Shown here one piece after another: positions 37,538 to 48,333 of a stretch of 64,000 nt of DNA. The stretch's first letter is position 1. Every line of letters begins with the position of its first letter. Origin of the DNA: Ignavibacteriota bacterium (GTDB taxonomy: Bacteria; Bacteroidota; Ignavibacteria; UBA10030; CAVZMI01); assembly GCA_963776275.1 (NCBI GenBank), contig CAVZMI010000023.1, forward strand, positions 1-64,000. The letters are read 5' to 3'. The translations under genes were made by a program, and so were the position numbers. The notes under the pieces are model-generated. The model saw nothing but the letters and a program-made list of their open reading frames with translations, made no database searches and was not told the DNA's origin.

Positions 37538-38401
37538 ATGTTTAAAGTCTCTCCATCGCCGACATTATATTATAACGATCGCTCACTTGATAGTATGCGT
37601 CCGAGTTATCAGCGTGATGATGTTTTTATTAATGAAGAACATAGGATGATTTTTGAAGTGACGAAAGACATACCGGGATGGCAAATGGAAGCAGATTCAT
37701 ATAAGTTGTATGAACTCGGTTACTATGCCGGCGATGTGATTCTGGAAATCGGTACATACGGAGGCCGTTCGGCGGTCATCGAGCTGCGTGGGGCATTGAG
37801 TAATCCGGATAGGTTGGGACCACCCCAATTCTTCGGTGTTGACGTTGATCGTAAATCTATTCGTCGTACATTCTACATGTTGAACAGGTTCGGTGTATTA
37901 GAAAACGCATTTCTCTTTCGTGGTACTCTCTACCAGTTTATTCATAGGTACCAGATATCACCGACAATGGTGTTTATGGATGCAAACCATCGTTATGAAG
38001 ATATCGTGGAGGATATTCGTCAACTAACGACGATTCTTCCTGCCGGTGTTCCTGTTTTATTCCACGATTTTTTAAATTCGGAAAATGATACAGGTGAGTA
38101 CGGTGTCCGGCGAGCAGTGACTGAGTGGGAAAATGATGGATACGGAACTTTCATCGGTGCATTCGGTTGTTCGGCATTGTTCGTCAGCGGACAGCGTTGT
38201 CGCGGAAACGGGAATTCATTATCCCGGGATGAATTCGATCAATCCCGACATAGACTATTCAGATCGTATAAATTGATGGAAAAAAATGGGGATAAAACAA
38301 TCATAGTTCCTGAAGAGAAAAGAATCTGGTCTTTCCATGATGATATTTCACTGCTGTCGAGAATAAAGACAAGAATACTTCATATGTTGAGGCCGAGGTA
38401 A
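37538..38401 (+). CDS. Class I SAM methyltransferase (Methyltransf_24-like)
   Basis: Motifs LEIGTYGGRS, FMDANHRY, LFHD and YGVRRAV. Confidence 0.85.
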   Translation: MFKVSPSPTLYYNDRSLDSMRPSYQRDDVFINEEHRMIFEVTKDIPGWQMEADSYKLYELGYYAGDVILEIGTYGGRSAVIELRGALSNPDRLGPPQFFGVDVDRKSIRRTFYMLNRFGVLENAFLFRGTLYQFIHRYQISPTMVFMDANHRYEDIVEDIRQLTTILPAGVPVLFHDFLNSENDTGEYGVRRAVTEWENDGYGTFIGAFGCSALFVSGQRCRGNGNSLSRDEFDQSRHRLFRSYKLMEKNGDKTIIVPEEKRIWSFHDDISLLSRIKTRILHMLRPR

Positions 38402-39372
38402 TGGATATCAATTCATGGTTAAAGCAATGGCGGGAGAAGGCGGGGATTATTTATGTCTCACAACCCCACCGATTTGCTCATGACGAAACCAAGTATGACG
38501 AACAATATAAGATCGATCCGAAGGATATACAGGCGGGGAAGGGGTTGGTCTCGTTGTTGCGGCGCCGTGATGCTTCATTCAGGGGCCCTGCGTTGGAAAT
38601 CGGTTGCGGTACCGGCCGTTTATCATTGGGTCTGGTCCAGGAAAATGTGTACCCCGTAACACTTCTGACCGATCCGTCTGTTAAATTCCTCAAAATTGTG
38701 CAGGAGAAAATAACACGCTTATCCATAAATCAGAATTCAATACGATATGCGGTTCTGTCCGCCGAAGAAATCGGTGTATTACCAGAAAATACATTTTCGC
38801 TAATTGCACTGCGCTCGACATTACATCATGTCCTCGATGTATCGAAATTTATTCATGAAGCCGCCCGAGCATTGTTAACCGGGGGAATATTGACGTTCGA
38901 GGAGCCATGCCGCGAAGGATTTATAATAATGGGGATGATGGCGCAATTCATGATTCCGATGTTAGAGGCAAAAGGAATCGGTATTTCCGGTAAGCATCAG
39001 TCACAGATAAAGACGTTTATTGATGTAATGAAATTTTATTCCCGTTACGATGTCGATAAAACATCGAGCGAGGATAAACATGTCTTTCGAGTCGATGACG
39101 TAATGAAACAGGGTCAATCAGCCGGATTAAAAGTGGAATTTCTGCCGAACCGTGTGTTCGATGAGTTTATTTATCAGCCCGTATCTCCTCACGATAGAAA
39201 ATTTTTTAATGTTTTTTTTAAAAAATACCTCTCTTACTGTATGTCATTTGATAACGAGCTGATAGGTATTCTTGATAAACACTTCTTTAAACATTTTCCA
39301 TTTATAGAAGATATATCGGAGGGAGATAACGCTCCATATATGCACGGTGTTTTTATTTGCATAAAATTATAA
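38401..39372 (+). CDS. Class I SAM methyltransferase
   Basis: Motifs ALEIGCGTG, STLHH and GGILTFEEP. Confidence 0.88.
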   Translation: MDINSWLKQWREKAGIIYVSQPHRFAHDETKYDEQYKIDPKDIQAGKGLVSLLRRRDASFRGPALEIGCGTGRLSLGLVQENVYPVTLLTDPSVKFLKIVQEKITRLSINQNSIRYAVLSAEEIGVLPENTFSLIALRSTLHHVLDVSKFIHEAARALLTGGILTFEEPCREGFIIMGMMAQFMIPMLEAKGIGISGKHQSQIKTFIDVMKFYSRYDVDKTSSEDKHVFRVDDVMKQGQSAGLKVEFLPNRVFDEFIYQPVSPHDRKFFNVFFKKYLSYCMSFDNELIGILDKHFFKHFPFIEDISEGDNAPYMHGVFICIKL

Positions 39373-39419
39373 ACAACAACAACGTGAATATTTTTGGTCT
39401 CATAATTGATCCATACCCC

Positions 39420-42158
39420 ATGATAATATTCTTGATTCATCTTTTTCTTATTTCCTTTGTTTCATACAAGATCACACAGCGGTTTCTGCCGGATGTGCTC
39501 GAGAGGGTACTGGCCGCTTTCATCCTCGTGTGGGCGAATCTTGTCGTTACCGCCCTTCTTCTTTCTTGTTTTATTCTCTTAGGAAACCGTTATTTCTATT
39601 TTAGTCTCTCGGTTCTGATGACGCTCGTAGGATATGGAATTGTATATAAGAAGAATCCATATCCATCGATAGAGTGGAAAAGTATCATGCGACAATTCTT
39701 CCGGCGTTCGTATTCACTCTGGGATATTTTTCTATTTCTGACATTTATATTCTTTGTATGTGTTAACATCGTGGTTGCATTTTCTTTCAGACCAAATGGT
39801 TGGGATTCATTGGCTTATCACCTCCCACGTATTTATTTTTATTTGGGGCAGGGGCATCTGGGCCATTTCACAACCGGTGATTTCCGAATGATTTTCTTTC
39901 CATTTAATTATGAATTATTACAACTACTGTGTGTGACATACGGGCAGCCAGACTGGCTGTTGAATTATGCAAATCTCTTTTGCTGGATATTTGCCGGAAT
40001 TGCACTTTTTGTCATATGTCGTAGAATTGGCCTGAAAACCGGTACAGCACTTCTTTCGAGCTGGATTGGATTGACTGCGACACTGGTACTTGCTTATGCA
40101 ACAATAACATATAATGATCTTCCAACAGCAGTACCGCTTCTCATCGGTGTGGTATTTGCACTTCGATGGTTTGATGATCAACAGTGGAAGTATGTGGTAT
40201 TCGCTGGAATCGCGTTTGGACTCTCGGCAGGGAGTAAGCTTACCATATTCTTTTTCTGGCCGATGGGGATCATCATTCCTGGATTCATACTTTATCGCAT
40301 TATTAAAAAGAAGATCACGCTACAACAGGCCTTTCAAGGAGTACGGCATTGGATTGTCGGTGCTCTCATCGCATTTATTCTCACGGCACCGTTTATGATG
40401 ATAAACTACTACTATGCGAAGCAATTGATAACACCGGGAAGCGATTTCATGTTAAATAGACCGTTTAATTGGCGAAGCCCGGGGAAAACCCTTTATACCT
40501 ATGGCCTGCAATTGGTATTGGATCCTTTTCAAAGAGTGGCGATCGATATGCCCGGGAAAAACGTCACGGCAGGAGCGAGAAATTTTTTAGAGCCGCGAGT
40601 CCGGAAATATCTTCTTCCGGATTGGGATCTTAATTACACAGCTTCCAATTTATCTATTTTGTATTCAGGTTTGACCGAAGATTTTGTTTGGTTCGGATTT
40701 GCTGGTCCTCTTGTTGTGATTTCAGTCCTGTGGACATTGATGTCGCGGTCAGCCCGAAAATCAGCCGTTTTCTGGATAGGCCTTGCGGGTATGATCTGGA
40801 TGATAACGTATTGCACTCAATTTAAGTGGTATTATGGCATTCAACGCTATTTTATTTGTGCATTCCTTCTAGGCGTTCCGTGTGCTGGTTATTTCATTGA
40901 AACCCTGCTTCAGCGGTCTTACGTCATCCAATATATTATCAAGTTTTGTATCGTATCTATCGCTCTGACGTCGGCACTCTTTGGTTATACATACGTAATG
41001 AATAAGGCACTACTACTTTTAGTTGATCCGGCATATTACAGCGAGTCACGACAACGCTCACCCCGAATACTCCAGGAGTTATCGCATCAGAAAAATATAA
41101 ATATTGTATTCGGTCAGGAATACCTCAATTTTAGTCAGGAGCATTTCGGCGAAAAATTATATAATCTTATGAATATAGGCCGAGCGCAAACGTTCCGGTT
41201 GGATACGGTGACAAGGAAAGGTTGGTATAACATATATTCATGTCCGTCAGCATCGAAAGAAATTCTATATTCAAACAGACCTTCGACATCGTCGTATGTA
41301 ACGATTGCTATCCCGGATAAGAAAACACCCGGAGTGGAGTTCCTCGACTCTATATACTTTATTGGGTCATTATATTTTCATTACTATGGGTACGATGATG
41401 GGATAAAAGCTGCGGATTCATTGAAGGATAACAATTTAATTATGATCAAAGTGGTATTTGATGGAATTACCGGAGACGGCTTTTCGAAACTTCGATTGAG
41501 TCTGAATGGTTGCCGTGATGCTGACAGCCTTACAACCGAAGTATATTATAAAGATATCATCGGGAATGGAACTCTTGGATGCACATTTACGAAAGATTCG
41601 ATACAGTCGCTGGTCGTCCCCCAATTTTTTACCGGCCTCAACGTCCTTGTGCATGAAAAGCAGACCGGCATCTTGAAGGGAGAGGGAGAAATAAAGGTGA
41701 GAGAATTTAATTCCGGACAGACTACAACATCGGGTACTATTACCAAAGAAGATCTTATTAAAGTGGCATTGCCCCATAGAGTATTGCTTGATGGTTTTCG
41801 CTTACCGGAAGGTCCATATCCCCAATGGGACTTACCCGCTGTGCGTTGGGCGAATAAATCGAGGGTGCGATTGGCTTTTTATAGTCAGGAGGATGCACCC
41901 GGCAAACCAATATTGCTTTCGATGAGTTTCCGACCTCATATACGCCAGATGGCGTTGATGGTTGTAAGCTTTAACGGGAAAAAGCTCAAAGAGTACACTC
42001 TCACGAGTGGAAATTCTTGGAGGGATGACGAATTGCAGCTTACTCCAAAGGGCGGGGCAAATACTCTTGAGTTCGAATTTCCATTAATGAAAAACGAAAA
42101 ACCCTTGCCGGACTCGCTCTTTATGCTCTTTAAAACGCTTTCTGTTAGTGGTTTTTAG
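39420..42158 (+). CDS. GT-C (ArnT/PMT_2-like) membrane glycosyltransferase, paralogue 2
   Basis: Motifs NGWDSLAYHLPR, GLSAGSK and PEGPYPQWDLPAVRWA; aligns end to end with 45576. ATG 39420. Confidence 0.72.
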   Translation: MIIFLIHLFLISFVSYKITQRFLPDVLERVLAAFILVWANLVVTALLLSCFILLGNRYFYFSLSVLMTLVGYGIVYKKNPYPSIEWKSIMRQFFRRSYSLWDIFLFLTFIFFVCVNIVVAFSFRPNGWDSLAYHLPRIYFYLGQGHLGHFTTGDFRMIFFPFNYELLQLLCVTYGQPDWLLNYANLFCWIFAGIALFVICRRIGLKTGTALLSSWIGLTATLVLAYATITYNDLPTAVPLLIGVVFALRWFDDQQWKYVVFAGIAFGLSAGSKLTIFFFWPMGIIIPGFILYRIIKKKITLQQAFQGVRHWIVGALIAFILTAPFMMINYYYAKQLITPGSDFMLNRPFNWRSPGKTLYTYGLQLVLDPFQRVAIDMPGKNVTAGARNFLEPRVRKYLLPDWDLNYTASNLSILYSGLTEDFVWFGFAGPLVVISVLWTLMSRSARKSAVFWIGLAGMIWMITYCTQFKWYYGIQRYFICAFLLGVPCAGYFIETLLQRSYVIQYIIKFCIVSIALTSALFGYTYVMNKALLLLVDPAYYSESRQRSPRILQELSHQKNINIVFGQEYLNFSQEHFGEKLYNLMNIGRAQTFRLDTVTRKGWYNIYSCPSASKEILYSNRPSTSSYVTIAIPDKKTPGVEFLDSIYFIGSLYFHYYGYDDGIKAADSLKDNNLIMIKVVFDGITGDGFSKLRLSLNGCRDADSLTTEVYYKDIIGNGTLGCTFTKDSIQSLVVPQFFTGLNVLVHEKQTGILKGEGEIKVREFNSGQTTTSGTITKEDLIKVALPHRVLLDGFRLPEGPYPQWDLPAVRWANKSRVRLAFYSQEDAPGKPILLSMSFRPHIRQMALMVVSFNGKKLKEYTLTSGNSWRDDELQLTPKGGANTLEFEFPLMKNEKPLPDSLFMLFKTLSVSGF

Positions 42159-42266
42159 TGATTGTGCACCGTGATCAAATTAGAGCCATAGTATATGGGA
42201 AAACAATGAAAATTTGGCAATAAAAATGAAACTCTGGGAATTGATCCTATTTGAGCACATTAAAAA

Positions 42267-43145
42267 ATGGTGATAAGCATAATGCCGTTCTATAAGCGAA
42301 TCCCTTTCACTCGAAAAAAAATTGCTATTGCAAAAATACTTTATCGACTGGTTAAAATCTTTTATCATTCAGATCAACAGATTATTGTGAGGAACGGTCT
42401 CAACTATCAGGTTGATCTAAGCAAGGGGATTGATCTTTCGATATTTCTATTTGGAGATTTTCAGAAATGGATTCATAATTCCAAAAATGTCCGCATTCCC
42501 CATGACGGTGTTATGTTTGACGTCGGGGCGAACATCGGGACAATGACTCTTCAATTGGCAGGAAGAGTCCCTCACGGTCTCGTGTATGCGTTTGAACCGA
42601 CCGATTATGCATATGCGAAACTCATTCGGAATATTTCGTTGAATCCTGATATAGCAGGGAGGATTCGTCCATTTCAGATTTTTATATCCGATTATGATCG
42701 TGCAGTTCATACTATCAAGGCGTATTCAAGCTGGAAAATTGATGGGTCGGGGATTTCCGTGCATCCCCTCCACGGCGGCTCAATTAAATCGGCTGCTTCA
42801 ATTCCTTCGGTTACTATTGATCATTTCTGTGAAATTAACAACATCCACAGAATCGATTTTATCAAAATTGACACCGATGGGCATGAATATCAAGTCTTAA
42901 AGGGTGCAGAAAAGACGTTAAAAAACTATCATCCATATATCGTTTTCGAAATCGGTTTCTATCTCATGAAAGAATCGGGAGTAAATTTCGAAGAATATTA
43001 CAATTACTTATCAGCTTTAAACTATTATTTAGTAAATAGTAAAAACGATCAAATTGTTTCAATGGAAAATTACCATCGTCAGATCCCATACAATTCAACG
43101 ACGGATCTTATCGCTATTCCGACAGTTCGTGGTTCTGGAACATGA
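42267..43145 (+). CDS. FkbM-family methyltransferase
   Basis: Motifs FDVGANIG, YAFEP and IKIDTDGHEYQVLKGA. Confidence 0.9.
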   Translation: MVISIMPFYKRIPFTRKKIAIAKILYRLVKIFYHSDQQIIVRNGLNYQVDLSKGIDLSIFLFGDFQKWIHNSKNVRIPHDGVMFDVGANIGTMTLQLAGRVPHGLVYAFEPTDYAYAKLIRNISLNPDIAGRIRPFQIFISDYDRAVHTIKAYSSWKIDGSGISVHPLHGGSIKSAASIPSVTIDHFCEINNIHRIDFIKIDTDGHEYQVLKGAEKTLKNYHPYIVFEIGFYLMKESGVNFEEYYNYLSALNYYLVNSKNDQIVSMENYHRQIPYNSTTDLIAIPTVRGSGT

Positions 43146-43239
43146 GATTAGCGAGACCGGATCATAATAATGATCCGTGATTTTAAGTGAAGGAATATCA
43201 TTTGTTGTTACGATAACCAGATACCAGCCAATCGAGGCC

Positions 43240-44670
43240 ATGGGATTATCTAAAAGAAAACAATCGATCCGGGAGCTGTCGGATGCGTTGGCACCGATGC
43301 GTGATCGATGGATTGCGCGCAACAGGTATTTTTATGAGTCGGATTATCGATACATGCGATTCCTTATACCCGAAGGATCGAATGTTCTCGATCTGGGATG
43401 CAGTACAGGACGGCTTTTGTCGGAATTGCGGCCGAAAAGGGGAGTCGGTATCGACATCAGCGACCGGATGATTAAAATTGCACAACGAAATTATCCGGCA
43501 TACGAATTTTATCAGGGTGACGTTGAAGATAAAACATTCATAGAAACGATCCAGGGGCCGTTTGATTATATCATACTCTCAGATACGATCGGGTCTCTCG
43601 ATGACTGTGAATCGACTCTTCAGCAGCTGCACACCTTATGCACGCCGGAAACACGAATTGTAATTTCGTATTATTCCGCTCTCTGGGAACCCATTCTCGT
43701 ATTTGGAGAATTGCTGAAGTTGAGAATGCGCCAGGTGAAACAGAATTGGTTATCGACAGACGATATCATGAATATCCTTTTTCTGGCGGGGTATGAGACT
43801 ATTAAGAGGGAATGGAGGCAATTGATACCGAGACGCCTTTTAGGATTGGGTTCGCTTATTAACCGGTATATAGCACCTCTCGCAATAATCCGCCGGCTCT
43901 GTCTGCGGAATTATATTGTGGCCCGTCCGACAACAGGAGCTATTGATAGATTACACTCGGCCTCGATCATTATCCCATGCCGTAATGAAAAAGGGAACAT
44001 CGAGACAGCCGTTCAACGCATCCCGCGTTTTTGTGGTAGGTGTGAAATCATTTTTGTTGAAGGACACAGCGATGATGGTACTCTTGACGAGATTCATAGG
44101 ATTATCGACAAATATACGGAGAAAAAAATTAGAGTTTTCGTGCAGGATGGGAAAGGGAAGGGAGACGCAGTTCGGAAGGGTTGTACCAATGCTACGGAAG
44201 ATATCCTCATTATCCTTGATGCCGATTTAACAGTACCGCCGGAGGTGCTGCCAAAATTTTACAACGCGATTATCTCCGGGAAAGGAGAGTTCGTCAACGG
44301 GACGCGGCTTGTGTATCCAATCGAGAAGGATTCGATGCGATGGTTGAATTTTATTGCCAACAAGATGTTTTCCTGGATGTTTAGCTGGCTTTTAAACCAG
44401 CGATTTACCGATACACTGTGTGGTTCAAAAGCATTACCAAGAATTTATTATAATAAGATTGCACAGAATAGAAGTTATTTTGGCGATTTCGATCCATTCG
44501 GGGACTTTGACCTCATCTTTGGAGCGGCTAAGCTTAATATGAAAATTGTCGAGATACCTATCAAGTATGCTCAACGAACATATGGTGAGACACAGATATC
44601 GCGCTTTCTGCACGGGTGGCTTTTGCTCCGTATGGTACTGTTTGCGCTAAAGAAATTCAAAATGTTCTAA
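43240..44670 (+). CDS. Methyltransferase / GT2 (polyprenol-phosphate synthase-like) fusion
   Basis: N-terminal VLDLGCSTG; C-terminal IIPCRNE, GKGDAVRKG, LDADLTVPPE, DTLCGSK and DPFGDFDL. Confidence 0.88.
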   Translation: MGLSKRKQSIRELSDALAPMRDRWIARNRYFYESDYRYMRFLIPEGSNVLDLGCSTGRLLSELRPKRGVGIDISDRMIKIAQRNYPAYEFYQGDVEDKTFIETIQGPFDYIILSDTIGSLDDCESTLQQLHTLCTPETRIVISYYSALWEPILVFGELLKLRMRQVKQNWLSTDDIMNILFLAGYETIKREWRQLIPRRLLGLGSLINRYIAPLAIIRRLCLRNYIVARPTTGAIDRLHSASIIIPCRNEKGNIETAVQRIPRFCGRCEIIFVEGHSDDGTLDEIHRIIDKYTEKKIRVFVQDGKGKGDAVRKGCTNATEDILIILDADLTVPPEVLPKFYNAIISGKGEFVNGTRLVYPIEKDSMRWLNFIANKMFSWMFSWLLNQRFTDTLCGSKALPRIYYNKIAQNRSYFGDFDPFGDFDLIFGAAKLNMKIVEIPIKYAQRTYGETQISRFLHGWLLLRMVLFALKKFKMF

Positions 44671-45413
44671 TGAATAATACACAATTATACGAGCGTCGGG
44701 ATATCTGGACCCACAAACCGACTTTGAGAACTATCTACCATGATTTTTTTCAGAGAATTTCCAGGCAATGCCGGAGAGGAAAAATCCTTGAAGTCGGTGG
44801 AGGAACCGGCAATCTAAAAGAATTCTTTCGTGAAAATCTATCATGCGATATTGTATCAATTGATATTGTGTCCTTTCCCTCGCTTGACGTCATAGCGGAT
44901 GCCCATGAGTTGCCTTTTAAATCTGATTCTTTTGCGAATATTGTAGCGATTGATGTTCTTCACCATCTGGAACGGCCGAAGTTTTTTTTTAATGAAGTAC
45001 AGCGTGTGCTCCAGCCGAAAGGGCGACTAATTTTGATCGAACCGGCTCTCACACCGGTGAGCAAAATAATCTATTCAATATTCCATCATGAACCGATAAT
45101 AATGAATGCAAATCCTATTGAGGATGGGCCGAGGGAGACCACACGCGATTCTTTTGAAGCAAACAGCGCGATCCCCACACTCATATTTAATAAGTATAGG
45201 GCAGTTTTTGAAAAAACGTACCCTGCATTGAATGTTGTTAAAATCTATTATTTCAGCCTCATGGCATATCCACTCTCGGGAGGATTCCAGCACTGGACGC
45301 TCCTGCCTCATTGGGCAGTCCATACTCTATTAAAGTTTGAAAACAAAATTTATCCATTCGTTGGTAAATATATTGGGTTTCGGCTCTTCGTTGTTTTAGA
45401 AAAAATGTACTGA
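44670..45413 (+). CDS. Class I SAM methyltransferase (type 11-like)
   Basis: Motifs ILEVGGGTG, DAHELPF, DVLHH and YPLSGGF; TAATG overlap. Confidence 0.88.
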   Translation: MNNTQLYERRDIWTHKPTLRTIYHDFFQRISRQCRRGKILEVGGGTGNLKEFFRENLSCDIVSIDIVSFPSLDVIADAHELPFKSDSFANIVAIDVLHHLERPKFFFNEVQRVLQPKGRLILIEPALTPVSKIIYSIFHHEPIIMNANPIEDGPRETTRDSFEANSAIPTLIFNKYRAVFEKTYPALNVVKIYYFSLMAYPLSGGFQHWTLLPHWAVHTLLKFENKIYPFVGKYIGFRLFVVLEKMY

Positions 45414-45437
45414 TGACCCTTAGATATTATCGAATTT

Positions 45438-45540
45438 AGATCGTTTGGAGACTTCAATCTCTTATTCGGAGCGGACGAACCCGGAATGAAATTATTGGAA
45501 TATAAATCAAGGATTTACATTGTATGGTTGGTACGCTGCG
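45438..45540 (+). pseudogene. Degraded remnant of a GT2 C-terminus homologous to the 43240 gene
   Basis: FGDFNLLFGADEPGMKLLE versus FGDFDLIFGAAKLNMKIVE in the 43240-44670 protein. Confidence 0.6.
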
Positions 45541-45575
45541 GATTTTATCATCACAATAAAACCTCATAATGTCCT

Positions 45576-48302
45576 ATGGTAATATTTATTATCCACCTTT
45601 TACTTGTTTCCTTTTTCTCGTACAAGATCGCTCAGCGATTTGTACCGGAAGTCCTCGAGAGAATACTGGCAGCATACCTCATCGTGTGGACGAATCTCGT
45701 CGTTACTGCCCTTTTTCTTTCCTACTTCTCTCTCCTGGGAGACCGACAACTTTATTTTCGCTTTTCGGTACTGGCGACACTTATCGTTTTTGGGATTGTG
45801 TATAGAAAGAATCCATACCCATCCCTTGATTTGAGAAATAATGTAGTTAAATTCTTCCGGCGCTCCTTTTCTCTCTGGGAAACTTTTCTCCTTGTAACAT
45901 TTCTTTTCTTTCTCTGTGCCAATATCGTGATCGTATTTTCTTTCAGTCCCAATAACTACGATTCATTGACTTATCACCTTCCACGCATTCATTTTTATCT
46001 TTCACAAGGTCATCTGGGTCATTTCACGACTATTAATACACGTATGACATTCTTTCCTTTTAATTTTCAATTGTTACAATTGATATGCGTAACATACGGG
46101 CAGCCCGATTGGTTGATCAACTTTCCGAACCTACTTTCGTGGATTCTTGCAGGGCTCGCACTCTTTGTATTATGCAGAAGGGTCGGATTATCAGTATCGA
46201 CCGCATTTCTTTCAAGCTGGATTGGATTGACATCGACGCAGGTGCTCGCGCAGGCAACAACGACGACCGTCGATCTCCCTGTCGCGGTTCCCCTGCTTAT
46301 TGGCGTAATCTTTTCAATTCGATGGCTGAACGAACGAAAATTGAAAAATATCGTATTCGCGGGTCTCGCCTTCGGGTTATCAGCCGGCAGCAAGATAACA
46401 ATATTTTTTTACTGGCCGGTCGGATTTGCTCTAGCCGGTTTCATCATCTTCCGTATTTTTCAAAAGAAAATTTCTCTCCAGCAAGCTTTTCGGGGAATCA
46501 AGCATTGGTTAGTTGCCGGACTCATTGCAGTAAGCCTTTCAACACCATTCTTGATGATAAATTATTATTATTCGAAACAATTGATGACATCGGAATATGA
46601 CTTCCTTCTCAATAAGCCGTTCAATTGGAAGTGTGCTGTTCAGACAATATATACTTACAGTTTACAATTGGCTGTTGAACCCTTGCAGCGTACGGCGATT
46701 GACATACCGGGGATAAACATCAGCGGAGCAGCGAGAAGTTATTTGGAACCGCGAGTCCGGAAATATTTTCTTCCTACGTGGAACCCAAATTACGCGGTAT
46801 CTGATTTATTTGTCTTCCCCCCGGATTTAAATGAGGATCATGTCTGGTTCGGATTTGCAGGCCCATGTATCATGCTCTCCGTGCTCCTGGTTATCGTGCT
46901 CCGTTCGCCCCGTAAAACAGTCATTTTCTGGCTGGGTCTTGCCAGTATAATGTGGCTTTTCACATATTGTAGTCAAAACAAATGGTCACTCTATACTCAA
47001 CGCTATTTCATAGGGGCATTTCTCCTGGGCATTCCGTGTGCCGGTTATTTCATTGAGAACCTGACAAATCGAATTTCTGTTCTAAGGCATTTCGTTAATA
47101 TTTGTATTGTATTTCTTGTGACAACTTCGGCGCTCTTTGGCTACATCTATGTTATGACGAACACTACACGGGCTCTCCCGCTTATTTTTGATCCGACACA
47201 ATCGCGCGGATTCCCGCAACGCCCGCATCAGATGCTCGAGACATTATCACAATACAATAAAATTAATATAGTCTATGCCGGAAAGGAACACGGGAACGAA
47301 CGTTTATATTGTCTCATGAATACGAGGAGATCGCAGGAATTCCTGATTGGCACGATGACAAGGCCGGATTGGTATAATGTCTATTCGCATTGGTCTCCAT
47401 CGAAAGAAGCCCTCTATGTAAATATACCGTCCACTTCATCGTATATTACTCTTACTATACCGGATAAAAAAACACCCGGATTGAATTACCTCGGTTCAAT
47501 TGGCACCGGATTGACCGGCTATGATTATTATGGATATGATGCGACAACCAACGCGGCGGATTCGCTAAAACTAAGCAATTTAATCATGATGACAGCGGTG
47601 TTTGATGGATTTGCGGACAACAGGCTGTCAGATCTCCAATTACACCTCAACGGTATTCGAGAAGCCGATAGCCTTTATGTAAAAATCTATTCTGACGATG
47701 GAATGGGGAATAGAACAGATCTGGCGACTTTTTCAAAGGATGCAATGCAGCATGTTGCTACCCCCAAAAAATATAAGTATCTACTTGTTGTTGTGTATGA
47801 GAAATCGACTAACAATATTGTATCGCAGGGACAATTTCTGGTAAAAAATTATGAAGGAGAAAAAGGCATTGTCTCGAACACGACTCAGACCGTCGATCTT
47901 ATAGCCGAGCGGAAATCCGTTAAGGTGTCACTCGATGGTTTTAAAAATCCTGAAGGACCATACCCGCAATGGAACTTGCCTCTGGTGCGGTGGGCAAATA
48001 AATCAATCGCACAATTTACCTTCAATAATGATATAATATCATCTGCCCGTCCCGTCGTACTCTCGTTGAGTTTCCGGCCGCAGATACGGCCGGCAGCCAC
48101 CATGGTTGTTCAATTCAATGATAAGATAATGAAGACATATCAACTTACAAATGCCACTGCATGGAATAATGACGAGTTAAAATTATACCCTATAAAAGGT
48201 ATGAATACAATCGAGTTCTCATTTCCTATGATGAAGGGGGAGAAACCCTTGCCGGATTCTCTCTATATGCTTTTTAAAACACTTTCTTTTAGCGGTCTGT
48301 AG
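45576..48302 (+). CDS. GT-C (ArnT/PMT_2-like) membrane glycosyltransferase, paralogue 3
   Basis: Motifs NNYDSLTYHLPR, GLSAGSK and PEGPYPQWNLPLVRWA. Confidence 0.72.
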   Translation: MVIFIIHLLLVSFFSYKIAQRFVPEVLERILAAYLIVWTNLVVTALFLSYFSLLGDRQLYFRFSVLATLIVFGIVYRKNPYPSLDLRNNVVKFFRRSFSLWETFLLVTFLFFLCANIVIVFSFSPNNYDSLTYHLPRIHFYLSQGHLGHFTTINTRMTFFPFNFQLLQLICVTYGQPDWLINFPNLLSWILAGLALFVLCRRVGLSVSTAFLSSWIGLTSTQVLAQATTTTVDLPVAVPLLIGVIFSIRWLNERKLKNIVFAGLAFGLSAGSKITIFFYWPVGFALAGFIIFRIFQKKISLQQAFRGIKHWLVAGLIAVSLSTPFLMINYYYSKQLMTSEYDFLLNKPFNWKCAVQTIYTYSLQLAVEPLQRTAIDIPGINISGAARSYLEPRVRKYFLPTWNPNYAVSDLFVFPPDLNEDHVWFGFAGPCIMLSVLLVIVLRSPRKTVIFWLGLASIMWLFTYCSQNKWSLYTQRYFIGAFLLGIPCAGYFIENLTNRISVLRHFVNICIVFLVTTSALFGYIYVMTNTTRALPLIFDPTQSRGFPQRPHQMLETLSQYNKINIVYAGKEHGNERLYCLMNTRRSQEFLIGTMTRPDWYNVYSHWSPSKEALYVNIPSTSSYITLTIPDKKTPGLNYLGSIGTGLTGYDYYGYDATTNAADSLKLSNLIMMTAVFDGFADNRLSDLQLHLNGIREADSLYVKIYSDDGMGNRTDLATFSKDAMQHVATPKKYKYLLVVVYEKSTNNIVSQGQFLVKNYEGEKGIVSNTTQTVDLIAERKSVKVSLDGFKNPEGPYPQWNLPLVRWANKSIAQFTFNNDIISSARPVVLSLSFRPQIRPAATMVVQFNDKIMKTYQLTNATAWNNDELKLYPIKGMNTIEFSFPMMKGEKPLPDSLYMLFKTLSFSGL

Positions 48303-48333
48303 TGACATGCCAATAGTGTAAAGAAAAAAACGA

